Source of the DNA: Burkholderiaceae bacterium
Lineage (GTDB): Bacteria > Pseudomonadota > Gammaproteobacteria > Burkholderiales > Burkholderiaceae_C
DNA length: 64,000 bases
Reading direction: 5' to 3'
NCBI GenBank assembly: GCA_038901755.1
Contig: JBCKPH010000001.1
Span: forward strand, 2,410-66,409
Shown here: piece by piece, positions 53,011 to 62,871 of the stretch
Position numbering within the stretch: position 1 is the stretch's first letter
Layout: the number at the start of each line of letters is the position of its first letter
Made by a program: the position numbers and the translations under genes
Notes under the pieces: model-generated
Databases searched by the model: none
What the model saw: the letters and a program-made list of their open reading frames with translations, nothing else
Told to the model about the DNA's origin: nothing

Positions 53011-53499
53011 ATGCCCATGTCCAAACAAGTCGTTGCCAGCGTCGAATTCGAGCCCGCGTTTATCGCCGCGCTGAGGCAGATCTTTGAAGAGATGATTCCG
53101 TTCAACCGGCTGCTCGGGCTGCGGGTCACCCAGATCGCGCCCACTGGGGTGAGCGCCAGCATCAGCATGAAACCCGAGCTGATCGGCCACGTCGGCCAGC
53201 AGCGGCTGCATGGCGGCGTTATCAGTGCCGGACTTGACACCATGGGAGGCCTGGCCATCATGGCCGCGATCGGAGCCAGGCACATGGATGAGCCGGTGCT
53301 GAAACGGATGGAGCGTTGTCAGCGCATCAGCACCATCGACCTGCGTGTCGATTACCTGCGGCCAGGCCTGGGCCAGACCTTCGAGCTGCGCGGCCAGGTG
53401 CTGCGGCTCGGCTCGCGCGTGGCCAGCACCCGCATGGAGTTCCTGGGTTCCGATGGCCAGTTGTTGTCCGCGGGCAGTGGCGCCTACATGGTCTCCTGA
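53011..53499 (+). CDS. PaaI/YigI-type hotdog-fold thioesterase
   Basis: ...RLHGGVISAGLDTMGG...STIDLRVDYLRP... Confidence 0.8.
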   Translation: MPMSKQVVASVEFEPAFIAALRQIFEEMIPFNRLLGLRVTQIAPTGVSASISMKPELIGHVGQQRLHGGVISAGLDTMGGLAIMAAIGARHMDEPVLKRMERCQRISTIDLRVDYLRPGLGQTFELRGQVLRLGSRVASTRMEFLGSDGQLLSAGSGAYMVS

Positions 53500-53596
53500 C
53501 AGCCGGTCGATTGCGTTGGTGACAGGGCCGGCGGCAGGTCCCCGATAACATCTGGCTTTCCCAGGTCGAGCGGGCGCCGCCTGCCTGACCCATTGC

Positions 53597-54184
53597 ATGG
53601 AGAACCGCATGGCGCTGAGCGCGGCAACACCCCGAAAACATATTCATCGCCGCAACATCGAATTCCACGGCTACCTGCGCGACGATGGCCTGTGGGACAT
53701 CGAGGCCGAGCTGAAGGATGTGCGGGACTATGCCTACCGCTCGCGCGACAGCGGCGAGAAACCCGAGGCGAGCATGGTGCACAACATGCTGCTGCGGGTC
53801 ACGGCGGACGACCAGATGACGGTGATCGCGATTGAAACCGGCATGCCGGCGACGCCGTTTTTGGAATGCTCCCAGGTCCAGGACCCGATGCAAAAACTTG
53901 TCGGCGCGCGCCTGGGCAGTGGCTGGCGCCGCACCATCGACGCAGCCATCGGCGGCGTCAACGGCTGCACGCACATGCGCGAGCTGCTGTTCAACCTGGC
54001 GACGGCGGCGTTTCAGACCGTGCCGGTCTATCGCATGCACCAGCGGCGGGACCAGGGGCTGCCGCTGCCGCGCTTCAGCAAGCCACCGCCGCATTTTGGC
54101 AAATGCATGTCGTGGGACTTCAATGGCCCGGTCATGCAGCGGGTGGCGCCCGAGTTCTACCGCTGGAGCGAGCCGAAGGAGTAG
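53597..54184 (+). CDS. DUF2889-domain protein
   Basis: IHRRNIEFHGYLRDDGLWDIEAEL...GVNGCTHMRELL pattern. Confidence 0.7.
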   Translation: MENRMALSAATPRKHIHRRNIEFHGYLRDDGLWDIEAELKDVRDYAYRSRDSGEKPEASMVHNMLLRVTADDQMTVIAIETGMPATPFLECSQVQDPMQKLVGARLGSGWRRTIDAAIGGVNGCTHMRELLFNLATAAFQTVPVYRMHQRRDQGLPLPRFSKPPPHFGKCMSWDFNGPVMQRVAPEFYRWSEPKE

Positions 54185-54246
54185 GCTTTTCGTTCGCTGT
54201 GGCTCGCCGCCACGGCAACGCTTGCTCGAACCGGCCGGCCAGAAAA

Positions 54247-54268
54247 AAGCCGCCCCGAGGGGCGGCTT
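54247..54268 (-). terminator. Intrinsic terminator between convergent genes (T-tract on the minus strand)
   Basis: AAGCCGCCCC-GA-GGGGCGGCTT. On the minus strand the stem is followed by TTTTTT. Confidence 0.6.
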
Positions 54269-54292
54269 GGTCAGCGGTCCTGCGCTTGGCGA

Positions 54293-55468
54293 TCAGTTGG
54301 CGTATTCGGTGAGGACTTTCCATTTGCCGCCCTGGATTTGCGACAGGCGGGACTGATTGAACGCCTGGCGCTTGTTGGGGCCGTAGCCGGATTCCATGGC
54401 GCCGAAGATGTCGCTGGGGAACTTGACGGTTTCCAGCGCCTTGACGAAGTTGTCGCTGGTCAGGTTCGGCCCTGCCTTCTGCGCCGCCACGATCACGGTC
54501 TCGATCGCCTGGTAACCATAGATCGAGAACACGGTGGGTTCCTCGTTGAACTTGGTCTGGTACTTGGTGGCCCAGAAACGCAGGGGCTGCGAAGCGTCGT
54601 CCAGGTAGGGGTTCTGCACCGTCATGGCCGAATACAAACCCTCCATGGCCTGCCGGCCCAGCTTGTGGATCAGGTCGGTGTAGACCGCTTGGGAACCGAG
54701 GAAAACCGGGTTGAAGCCGGTCTTGCGGCTTTCACCGATGGTGCCGATGGTCTCGCGGATGATGGTGCCGAGGATCACCATGTCGCAACCGGCCGCCTTC
54801 ATGCGCGCCACCTGCGACGAGAAGTCGGTCGCGCCGGTCTTGAAGGTGGTCTTCTCGGCCAGCGTCATGTTCATGGTCTTCAGGCCCGCTTCGGCACCGG
54901 AGGCCACCTCCTGACCGAAATCGTCATCCTGGACGATGCTGCAGACCTTCTTGACCCCCTTTTCCTTGGCCAGCCTGGGCACAAAGACCCGCATCTGGTC
55001 GAAGTAGCTGGGCCCAGGGGCGAACTTGAGTTTGTGGAAGGGCTCGTACATCTGTTGCGAGGCCGTGATCGGGAAGATGTTCGGCACGCCCTTGGCGAAC
55101 TGGATCGGCATCGTCGCCAGATTGTTGGTGGTGCCGATATGCGCGACCATGGCGAATATCTTGTCCTGGTTCACCAGTTTCTGCGCTGCCAGCACGGCCT
55201 TCTTCGGGTCGTACTGCGAATCCTCGATCAGCAGCTTGATCTTGCGGCCATGAATGCCGCCGGTCTGTTCGTTGAGTTCATCAACGCGCAGTTGCATGCC
55301 GAACCGGACCTGCTTGCCAAAGGCGGCAATCGGCCCAGACAGGTCCTGGATCGAGCCGATCAGGATTTCATTCTTGCTGACGCCCTGGGTCGGCGTGGCT
55401 TTCTGCGCCAGGGCGAGGCTGCTGGCAAGGGACAGCGCGACCAGGGCTGCGGCGGTCTTTAGTTTCAT
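54293..55468 (-). CDS. ABC transporter substrate-binding protein (LivK/Peripla_BP_6 type)
   Basis: Signal peptide MKLKTAAALVALSLASSLALA. AGGAGA ribosome-binding site. Trimmed from 55516. Confidence 0.85.
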   Translation of the reverse strand: MKLKTAAALVALSLASSLALAQKATPTQGVSKNEILIGSIQDLSGPIAAFGKQVRFGMQLRVDELNEQTGGIHGRKIKLLIEDSQYDPKKAVLAAQKLVNQDKIFAMVAHIGTTNNLATMPIQFAKGVPNIFPITASQQMYEPFHKLKFAPGPSYFDQMRVFVPRLAKEKGVKKVCSIVQDDDFGQEVASGAEAGLKTMNMTLAEKTTFKTGATDFSSQVARMKAAGCDMVILGTIIRETIGTIGESRKTGFNPVFLGSQAVYTDLIHKLGRQAMEGLYSAMTVQNPYLDDASQPLRFWATKYQTKFNEEPTVFSIYGYQAIETVIVAAQKAGPNLTSDNFVKALETVKFPSDIFGAMESGYGPNKRQAFNQSRLSQIQGGKWKVLTEYAN

Positions 55469-55527
55469 GGTGTCTCTCCTGTTGAAAAGTGGTGGTGGTG
55501 GAACGGTGGCAATCATGTTATCAGCGG

Positions 55528-57384
55528 CTAGCGGTACATCGCGTCAATTTGCGCCGCGTACTTCTTCTCGACCAGTTTTCGTTTCAGCTTCATGGTCGGT
55601 GTCAACTCTTCGTCCTCGGCGCTCAACTGGGTATCGAGCAGGAAGAACTTCTTCATCTGCTCGACCCGGGCAAACTTCTTGTTGACCCGCTCCATTTCGG
55701 CGTGGATCAATTCTTGCACTTCCTTCGATTTGGTCAAGCTGGCGTAGTTGCTGAAGGGCACATCGTTGTCCTGGGCGAACTTTTCGACGTTTTCCTGGTC
55801 GATCATGATAATCACCGTCAGGTAGGGGCGCTTGTCGCCCACCACCACGGCGTCCGTGATGTAGGGCGAGAACTTCAGCTCGTTTTCAAGTTCACTGGGG
55901 GTGATGTTCTTGCCGCCCGCGGTGATGATGATGTCCTTCATGCGGTCGATGATGCGAAAGTAGCCGTCCTGGTCCATGGTGCCGACGTCTCCGGTATGCA
56001 GCCAGCCGTCCTGGTCGATCGTCTCGGCGGTTTTCTCCGGCTGGTTCAGGTAGCCCATGAACACATTGGGTCCGCGGATCAGCAGCTCGCCGGTCTGGGC
56101 GTCCACCCGCACTTCGATGCCGTCGGTGGCCCGGCCAACGGTGCCTGGGCGTATCCCATCCACATTGGTGAAGGTTCCGAGCGCGCCAGATTCGGTCTGG
56201 CTCCAGACCTCCAGCATCGGGATGCCCAGCGCCAGGTACCAGCGGATCAGCTCGGGCGAAATCGGCGCGGCGGCCGACAGCAGGGCGCGGGCGCGGTGGA
56301 TGCCGATCATCTTGCGCACGTTGTTCAGCGCCAGCCAGCGGCCCAGCTCGAACTTGAACTTCAGCATGGCGCCGACTGGCTGGCCGGCAAGAATCTTGTC
56401 GGCGACCTGGCCCCCGACGCCGATGGCCCAGCCGTAGGCCAGTTGCTGCAGCGCCGACGCTTCCTTGATGCCGATGATGACGCCTGAATAAAACTTCTCC
56501 CAGACCCGCGGCACGGCGAACAGAAAGGTTGGCGCAATTTCGCGCACGTTCTCCGGAATCGTGTCAGGGTTCTCGACGAAGTTGAGCGTGCTGCCGGTAT
56601 AGACCGAGGAATACTCGCCGGCCAGCCGCTCGGCAATGTGGCACAGCGGCAGGAAGCACATGCGTTCGTCCAGTTCCATCGCGGGGACGTGAACGTTGGC
56701 CTGGCGCACGCTGAAGACCATGCCGGCATGGCTCTGCATGGCGCCCTTGGGCTTGCCGGTGGTGCCCGAGGTATAGACCAGGATCGCCAGGTCCTCGGGA
56801 CGGATGGCGGCAATGCGCTGCTCGATCACCTGCGGCTGCTGCTGCAACCAGGCGCGGCCCGCTTCACGCAGGGCAGCGAGCGACATCACGCCAGGATCGT
56901 CCAGGTCGCGCAGCCCCTCCATGTCGAACACGACAATCTTTCGCAGGCGGGGCAGTTGCGCGCGCACCTCGAGCACCTTGTCGAGCTGCTCCTCGTCCTC
57001 GGCGAACAGGATCGTGCTGCCCGAGTCCTCGCACAGGTAATGCACCTGCCCGACCGCGTCGGTTGGGTAGATGCCGTTGGTCACGCCGGCGCAGCTGAGA
57101 ATCGCCATATCGGTCCAGACCCATTCGATTGCCGTGTTGGCCAGGATCGAGGCGCGTTCGCCGGGTGCAAACCCCAGGCTCAGCAGGCCACCGGCAATCT
57201 CGCGCACCGCCACGGCGGCCTGGTCCCAGGTCCAGCTGTGCCAGATGCCAAACTTCTTCTGCCGCAGCCAGACCTTCGGACCGCGCGCGGCGACCGCGTT
57301 CCAGAACATGCGCGGCAGCGTGTCGCCGGCCATTTGCACCGCCGTGTTGGGCTGGTACTGGGTCAGTGTCCAGAGGTTGCTCAT
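55528..57384 (-). CDS. Long-chain-fatty-acid--CoA ligase (AMP-binding family)
   Basis: YTSGTTGKPKGA AMP-binding motif. 618 aa. Confidence 0.9.
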   Translation of the reverse strand: MSNLWTLTQYQPNTAVQMAGDTLPRMFWNAVAARGPKVWLRQKKFGIWHSWTWDQAAVAVREIAGGLLSLGFAPGERASILANTAIEWVWTDMAILSCAGVTNGIYPTDAVGQVHYLCEDSGSTILFAEDEEQLDKVLEVRAQLPRLRKIVVFDMEGLRDLDDPGVMSLAALREAGRAWLQQQPQVIEQRIAAIRPEDLAILVYTSGTTGKPKGAMQSHAGMVFSVRQANVHVPAMELDERMCFLPLCHIAERLAGEYSSVYTGSTLNFVENPDTIPENVREIAPTFLFAVPRVWEKFYSGVIIGIKEASALQQLAYGWAIGVGGQVADKILAGQPVGAMLKFKFELGRWLALNNVRKMIGIHRARALLSAAAPISPELIRWYLALGIPMLEVWSQTESGALGTFTNVDGIRPGTVGRATDGIEVRVDAQTGELLIRGPNVFMGYLNQPEKTAETIDQDGWLHTGDVGTMDQDGYFRIIDRMKDIIITAGGKNITPSELENELKFSPYITDAVVVGDKRPYLTVIIMIDQENVEKFAQDNDVPFSNYASLTKSKEVQELIHAEMERVNKKFARVEQMKKFFLLDTQLSAEDEELTPTMKLKRKLVEKKYAAQIDAMYR

Positions 57385-57400
57385 AGCGGGGCTCGTCGCA

Positions 57401-57482
57401 AAGTTTCGCTCGCTGGCGCTCGCACGATACTTTGCACCGGATTAGTCAGCAAAAAAGCTTGGAGCGGCCCGGCGCTTTTTTG
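57401..57482 (+). repeat. Intergenic repeat, copy 2 (uninterrupted), with A6/T6-flanked hairpin and a minus-strand promoter-like TTGCTG-17 nt-TATCGT
   Basis: Hairpin CAAAAAAGC(57450-58)/GCTTTTTTG(57474-82). -35 box at 57447-57452 and -10 box at 57424-57429, read on the minus strand. Confidence 0.55.
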
Positions 57483-57505
57483 ATGATAGAAGATACCGGA
57501 AGAGT

Positions 57506-58303
57506 TTATCGCCATGTCTTCTTCTTCTTCCAGCGCCGCTCGCCACGCACGCCCACTTCTTTCATGCCGAGGTAGAACTCCTTGATGTCTTCCTTCTCGC
57601 GCAGCTTGGCGCAGGTGTCTTCCATCACGATGCGGCCGTTCTCCAGCACGTAGCCGTAGTCGGCTGCGTTCAGCGCCATATTGGCGTTTTGCTCGACCAG
57701 CAGGATGGTGGTGCCGCGTTCGCGGTTGATGCGAACCACGATCTCGAAAATTTCCCGGGTCAACTTCGGTGACAGACCCAGACTGGGCTCGTCGAGCAGC
57801 ATCAGATCGGGCGCGGCCATCAACGCGCGTGAAATCGACAGCATCTGCTGCTCTCCGCCCGACAACAGGCCGGCGTTCTGGCCCGAGCGCTCGCGCAGGA
57901 TGGGAAAGTAGGCGAAGACCAGCTCCATGTCTTTTGCCATCGCGTCCCGGTCGGAACGGGTGTAGGCCCCCATCAGCAGGTTGTCGCGCACCGACAGCAG
58001 GGGAAACACCTCGCGGCCCTCGGGCACATGACTGATGCCCTGCTGCACGATGAATGCCGGGTCGCGCGCCGTGATGTCCTGCCCCTTGAACTCGATCGAA
58101 CCGCGGCGTGGGTCGATGATGCCCGAGATGGTCTTGAGAATGGTGGTCTTGCCGGCGCCGTTGGAGCCAAGCACGGTGGCGATTTCGCCGCGACGCACCT
58201 GCAGGCTGGCGCCGCGGATCGCCTTGATCGGTCCATAGGCGCTCTCGACATTAAGCAGGCGCAGCACCGGCTGGTCGCTGACCGGGGGTGGCGAGGCGCT
58301 CAT
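57506..58303 (-). CDS. livF: ABC transporter ATPase (LivF-like) with basic C-terminal tail
   Basis: GSNGAGKTT, LSGGEQQML. Trimmed to the ATG at 58303. Ends ...RGERRWKKKKTWR. Confidence 0.85.
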   Translation of the reverse strand: MSASPPPVSDQPVLRLLNVESAYGPIKAIRGASLQVRRGEIATVLGSNGAGKTTILKTISGIIDPRRGSIEFKGQDITARDPAFIVQQGISHVPEGREVFPLLSVRDNLLMGAYTRSDRDAMAKDMELVFAYFPILRERSGQNAGLLSGGEQQMLSISRALMAAPDLMLLDEPSLGLSPKLTREIFEIVVRINRERGTTILLVEQNANMALNAADYGYVLENGRIVMEDTCAKLREKEDIKEFYLGMKEVGVRGERRWKKKKTWR

Positions 58304-58309
58304 ATCTGG

Positions 58310-58336
58310 CTTTCTCCCTGCCGGAGGGAGAGGGAA
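58310..58336 (-). repeat. Solo hairpin unit of the CT/GA repeat family (minus strand TTCCCTCTCCCTCCGGCAGGGAGAAAG)
   Basis: Resembles unit 2 of array A (TTCTCCCTCTCCCTCCGGAGGGGAGCAGG). Lies in the 46-bp livG-livF spacer. Confidence 0.5.
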
Positions 58337-58349
58337 CAAAACACCAGGC

Positions 58350-59147
58350 TCATGCTGTCCTCCTGAGCGAGGTCACGTCATCGACCGAGCCGAGGTAGGC
58401 TTCGATGACGCCAGGGTCGTCCCGCACCTCGGCCGGCGTCCCCATGGCGAGCATGGCGCCCTGGTTCATCGCCAGCACCCGGTCCGACACCTTGGAGACC
58501 AGGCTCATGTCGTGCTCGACCATCAGCACAGTGATGCCCAGCTCGTACTGAATGTCCTTGATCCAGAACGCCATGTCGCCGGTTTCCTCGACGTTCAGGC
58601 CCGAGGACGGCTCGTCCAGCAGCAACAGCTTCGGGCCGGTCGACAAGGCTCGCCCCAATTCCACCACCTTGCGCACGCCGTAGGGCAGACCGGCCACCAT
58701 CGAGTCGCGGTAATGTTGCAGGTCGAGCAGGTCGATCACCTGCTCGACTTTTTCCCGCGCCTCGATTTCGGCAGCGCGCGTCTTGGCCGTGAAGAAGATT
58801 TCGCTCCACAAGCTCGTGCTGCGGTGTGTATGGCGCCCGACCAGCAGGTTGTGCAACACCGAGGCGTGTTCGAACAGCTCGATGTTCTGGAAAGTGCGCG
58901 CAATGCCCAGCGTTGCAATCTGGTGCGGAGGCTCTCTCGTCAAGTTGCGGCCTTCGAAATAGATCTCGCCCGCGCTCGGCGTGTAGAGCCGGCTGATCAG
59001 GTTGAACACCGTGGTCTTACCTGCGCCGTTCGGCCCGATCAGCGTGAACACCTCGCCGCGCTTCACTTCAAAGCTCACGTTGTCAACCGCCAGCACGCCG
59101 CCAAAGCGCATGCTCAGGTTCCTGGCCGAAAGCAGGGTTTCGCTCAT
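58350..59147 (-). CDS. livG: ABC transporter ATPase (LivG-like)
   Basis: [11 protein letters not shown], and SSGLN in place of the signature motif. Confidence 0.85.
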   Translation of the reverse strand: MSETLLSARNLSMRFGGVLAVDNVSFEVKRGEVFTLIGPNGAGKTTVFNLISRLYTPSAGEIYFEGRNLTREPPHQIATLGIARTFQNIELFEHASVLHNLLVGRHTHRSTSLWSEIFFTAKTRAAEIEAREKVEQVIDLLDLQHYRDSMVAGLPYGVRKVVELGRALSTGPKLLLLDEPSSGLNVEETGDMAFWIKDIQYELGITVLMVEHDMSLVSKVSDRVLAMNQGAMLAMGTPAEVRDDPGVIEAYLGSVDDVTSLRRTA

Positions 59148-60220
59148 GACAGTCGATCAGACTTCTGGAATGTCTTCTGCCGCTTGAACATGCCCTTGCG
59201 GTAGAACGGAAACAACTGCAGGTAAGCGCGCATCTTGAGCCAGCGGCCGTACATGCCCATCGGCTCGAACAACACGAAGGCGATCAGGATGACGCCGAAC
59301 ACCACGCCCTGCAATCCTGGCGCATCGCCGACCACCGCCGGCAGGTAGCCCTTCGACAAAGCGATCAATTGCGGTACGCTGATGACAAAAATGGCGCCGA
59401 GAAACGCGCCATGCACTGAGCCGAGCCCGCCGACCACGATCAACAGCAGCAATTCGATTGACTGCAGCAGACCGAACTGCTCGGGCGAGAGGAACTTGAA
59501 GTTGTGCGCGTACAGCGCGCCGGCAATACCAGTCATCGCCGCCGACAGCGCAAACGAGGTTGTCTTGTAGCGCGCCAGGTGCACGCCCATGCTCTGCGCC
59601 GACACCTCGGAATCGCGAATCGCGACAAAGGCGCGGCCAGTGGAGGAGCGCAGCAGATTCAGGATCGCGAGCGTGCACAACACCGTCAGCAGCAAGCACA
59701 GGTAATAGAACTCCTCGCCGCTGTCCAGTTTCCAGCCAAAAATGTCGGGGGCTTTGACGTGCATTCCCTTGCTGCCGCCGGTCACACTGTCCCAGCGCGC
59801 AAACACCTCTTCCACGATAAAGCCGAAGGCCAGGGTGGCTATGCCCAGATAGATTCCCTTGACGCGCAGCGCCGGTAGCGCGACCACGATGCCTACCGCG
59901 GTCGACAGGCCGGCGGCGATGGCCAGCGCAAGCGGAAAGGGCAGACCCATGTTGGTCATCACGGCGTGGGTGTAGGCGCCGACCCCGAGGAAGGCGGCGT
60001 GACCAATCGAGAACTGGCCGGTGAACCCCGCCAGCAGCATCAACCCCAGGCCGGCGATCGAGAAGATCAGCACAAAGGTGAGTTGCGCCAGCCAGTATTC
60101 GGCAATCACCCAGGGAGCGGCCAGCAGCGCCAGCATCAGCAGCGAGTACCAGAACTTGTGCCCGCCATGCTTGGCGAGCCGGAGGTCCTGCTCGTAGTCG
60201 GTCTTGAAGATGAAGCGCAT
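59144..60220 (-). CDS. livM: ABC transporter permease (LivM-like)
   Basis: Polytopic membrane protein. Trimmed to the ATG at 60220. Confidence 0.85.
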   Translation of the reverse strand: MRFIFKTDYEQDLRLAKHGGHKFWYSLLMLALLAAPWVIAEYWLAQLTFVLIFSIAGLGLMLLAGFTGQFSIGHAAFLGVGAYTHAVMTNMGLPFPLALAIAAGLSTAVGIVVALPALRVKGIYLGIATLAFGFIVEEVFARWDSVTGGSKGMHVKAPDIFGWKLDSGEEFYYLCLLLTVLCTLAILNLLRSSTGRAFVAIRDSEVSAQSMGVHLARYKTTSFALSAAMTGIAGALYAHNFKFLSPEQFGLLQSIELLLLIVVGGLGSVHGAFLGAIFVISVPQLIALSKGYLPAVVGDAPGLQGVVFGVILIAFVLFEPMGMYGRWLKMRAYLQLFPFYRKGMFKRQKTFQKSDRLS

Positions 60221-60302
60221 GTCAGCCGACGCCGGGCCGCCCCAAGGCGGCTGAACGCCCCCTCGGGGGGCAGCGAACAATGTGAGCGTGGGGGCCCATG
60301 TT

Positions 60303-61178
60303 CTATACCTTCTTGTGCATGGTGTCGCCGAAGATGCCAGTGGGCTTGATCCACAGCATCACCAGCACCGCGATGTAGGGTGCAATATCCTTCCACCCTT
60401 CAGCAGCGTAAAAGCCTGCCATCGACTCCACCACGCCGATGATCAGGCCGCCGACGATGGCCCCCGGCAGGCTGCCAAAGCCGCCGATCACCGCGGCCGG
60501 AAAGGCCTTGAGACCGATAAATCCCATGTTGGCATGGACAAAGGTGATGGGCGCCAGCAGCAGTCCGGCAATCGCCGCCACCGCCGCCGCCAGGCCCCAG
60601 ACCATGCCATTGAGCGTCTTCACCGGGATGCCCATGTAGTAGGCGGCCAACTGGTTCTGCGAGGAGGCCTGCATGGCGATGCCGATCTTGCTGTACTTGA
60701 ACACCGCGTACAGGATCAGACAGAGCAGGGCGGTGCAGCCAATCACCGCCATCTGCTCGACGTTGAGCACCAAGCCGCCCAGTTTCCAGATCTGGTCCTT
60801 GTAGGGAACCGGCAGCACATGGGTTTCGGTGCCGATGATCGGGATCATCGTGACCAGGCCGCGCAGCACATAGCCGATGCCGATGGTCAGCATCACGATG
60901 GTGAATGCCGGCTGTCCAAGGATCGGGCGGATCACCACCCGCTCCAGCACGACGCCGGCCAGACCCATGGCGACGATGGCGCTGATCACGGCGAGCCAGA
61001 ACGGAAAGCCCAGAAAAGTCATCAGCGCCAGCCCGCAGAACGCGCCCAGCATCATCAGGTCGCCCTGCACGAAGCTGACGGTTTCGGTGGCCTTGTAGAT
61101 CAGCACGAAACCGAGCGCAATCAGGCCGTAGATGCAGCCGATCGCCACGCCGCTGATCACCAGTTGAACAAACTGCAC
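60303..61178 (-). CDS. livH: ABC transporter permease (LivH-like)
   Basis: VQFVQLVISGVAIGCIYGLIALGF. A GTG start at 61178 was chosen, and the upstream part of ORF 60303..61325 rejected. Confidence 0.8.
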   Translation of the reverse strand: MQFVQLVISGVAIGCIYGLIALGFVLIYKATETVSFVQGDLMMLGAFCGLALMTFLGFPFWLAVISAIVAMGLAGVVLERVVIRPILGQPAFTIVMLTIGIGYVLRGLVTMIPIIGTETHVLPVPYKDQIWKLGGLVLNVEQMAVIGCTALLCLILYAVFKYSKIGIAMQASSQNQLAAYYMGIPVKTLNGMVWGLAAAVAAIAGLLLAPITFVHANMGFIGLKAFPAAVIGGFGSLPGAIVGGLIIGVVESMAGFYAAEGWKDIAPYIAVLVMLWIKPTGIFGDTMHKKV

Positions 61179-61295
61179 CCGGTATTCCCGTCCTTGAATA
61201 GAGCAATGCTGTCGTTTATAACCAGCGGCGGCCAGACTGTCCTCGGGATGTACCCTAGGGCAAGGGAAACTCCCAACGTCCTGAAAGGCAGAGCC

Positions 61296-62102
61296 ATGAA
61301 CGATTCCGTTGTAGTGACACGGCAAGGTCCAGTCACCATCGTCACGCTCTCACGCCAGGAGGTACGCAATGCGGTGGACCGGGACACCGCGCAGCGCCTG
61401 CATCAGGCCTTTCTCGCATTCGACGCCGACCCCGAGGCCAGGGTCGCCGTGTTTCATGGCGCTCACGGGCATTTCTGCGCCGGTTGGGACCTGCAGGCCG
61501 GCGCGCGCATGTTGGCCGAGGCCGGCGCGCAAGCGGTGGCGCCCTTGTCCACGCTTGAGTTCGAGCCCGAGGACGAGCAGCCACCCGGCCCGATGGGACC
61601 GAGCCGTTTGCTGCTATCGAAACCGGTGATTGCCGCGGTCAGCGGCGCCGCCGTTGCTGGCGGCATGGAACTGGCGCTCTGGTGCGACATGCGGGTGATG
61701 GAACAGGATGCCTATTTCGGCGTCTATTGCCGCCGCTTCGGTGTGCCGCTGATCGACGGCGGCACGGTGCGCCTGCCAAGGCTGATCGGCATGGGACACG
61801 CCATGGACCTGATCTTGACCGGGCGCCGCGTCGATGCGGCAGAGGCCCTGGCGATTGGCCTGTGCAACCGCGTCGTTCCTTCAGGCCAGGCGCTCGACGC
61901 GGCGCTGGTGCTGGCGCAGCAACTCAGCGCCTTTCCGCAAGCCACCATGCGGGCCGACCGGCTGAGCGCCTATGCCCAATGGAACCTGGACCTGCCGCAG
62001 GCACTGCACCAGGAATGGCAGCGTGGCAAGCAATGCATCGGCGAAGGTCTGCAAGGCGCCGCGCGCTTTGCTGCGGGGCAGGGCAGGCATGGAAAGTTTT
62101 GA
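61296..62102 (+). CDS. Enoyl-CoA hydratase/isomerase family protein
   Basis: Crotonase fold (HFCAGWDL...AAVSGAAVAGGMELALWCD). Real start is within the 606-aa shadow ORF 60282..62102. Confidence 0.85.
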   Translation: MNDSVVVTRQGPVTIVTLSRQEVRNAVDRDTAQRLHQAFLAFDADPEARVAVFHGAHGHFCAGWDLQAGARMLAEAGAQAVAPLSTLEFEPEDEQPPGPMGPSRLLLSKPVIAAVSGAAVAGGMELALWCDMRVMEQDAYFGVYCRRFGVPLIDGGTVRLPRLIGMGHAMDLILTGRRVDAAEALAIGLCNRVVPSGQALDAALVLAQQLSAFPQATMRADRLSAYAQWNLDLPQALHQEWQRGKQCIGEGLQGAARFAAGQGRHGKF

Positions 62103-62114
62103 CGCCATTGTGTT

Positions 62115-62141
62115 AACGTATCCCTGAAAACGTATATACGT
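62115..62141 (+). promoter_or_regulatory. Probable vapBC operator: AACGTAT-N8-AACGTATATACGT (12-bp perfect palindrome ACGTATATACGT at 62130-62141)
   Basis: Seen directly. Sits just upstream of the AGGAGG ribosome-binding site and the vapB ATG. Confidence 0.45.
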
Positions 62142-62155
62142 CCAGGAGGCCCGAT

Positions 62156-62467
62156 ATGCAATCCACCGCCAAAGTGTTTACCACCGGCAACAGCCAGGCC
62201 GTTCGCCTGCCCAAGGCCTTTCGCGTCAGTGCCAGTGAAATGTGGATCAGCAAGAACGAGGTTACCGGCGAAATCATCCTCAAGCCCAAGGACGAAGACC
62301 AGCGCCGACGAAATCTTGAAAAACTGTTCAGGATGATTGAGGAAGACCCGTTGCCTGACGAATTTTTGTCAGAGGCTTCCCGTCAAAACGATCCGCCGCG
62401 CAACCCGTTTGAAAACGGCGCGCAAGACGAGCCCAAAAGGCGCGCCCGTCGCGGAGTGAAAAAGTGA
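62156..62467 (+). CDS. vapB: VapB-family antitoxin (AbrB/SpoVT fold)
   Basis: VFTTGNSQAVRLPKAFRV. GTGA overlap with vapC. Confidence 0.75.
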   Translation: MQSTAKVFTTGNSQAVRLPKAFRVSASEMWISKNEVTGEIILKPKDEDQRRRNLEKLFRMIEEDPLPDEFLSEASRQNDPPRNPFENGAQDEPKRRARRGVKK

Positions 62468-62871
62468 TCCGCTACATGGCGGATACCAACATCCTGGGCT
62501 ATTTCGCAAGACGCGCCTCCCCGTCATTGCAGCTGCGAATGATGGCGGCGATGCAAAACAACGAGATCGCCATCTCGGTCATTACGCGGGCTGAAACACG
62601 TTTTGGTTTGGCGCTGCTGAGTGCGCAAGACAAGCGCCGCGTGTCCATCAACCTGCTGTTGCAAGAGATCCCCGCCCTGGCTTGGACGCCGGAAGCGGCC
62701 GACCGTTATGGCGAAATCGCGTCGCATCTGCACAAGACCGGCAAACCCATTGGAGAGATGGACGCCATGATTGCCGCTCAAGCCATCGTTGCCGACCTGA
62801 CCTTAGTGACCCACAACACCCGGCATTTCAAGCGCGTTGACGGCTTGAAACTGGAAGACTGGACGGTTTGA
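62464..62871 (+). CDS. vapC: VapC PIN-domain ribonuclease toxin
   Basis: MADTNIL (first acidic residue), ...EMDAMIAAQA..., THNTRHF. Confidence 0.85.
   Translation: MIRYMADTNILGYFARRASPSLQLRMMAAMQNNEIAISVITRAETRFGLALLSAQDKRRVSINLLLQEIPALAWTPEAADRYGEIASHLHKTGKPIGEMDAMIAAQAIVADLTLVTHNTRHFKRVDGLKLEDWTV

Noticed and set aside
57506-57580. Lysine-rich C-terminal tail (…RGERRWKKKKTWR, encoded by aag/aaa repeats) of the second LivF-like ATPase, considered as a slippage or readthrough artefact
   Set aside because: The frame is continuous with the ATPase domain and ends at a clean TAA. From memory, similar basic tails occur in LivF-like ATPases of fatty-acid-linked ABC operons, so it is probably a family trait. 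I cannot verify this without a search.
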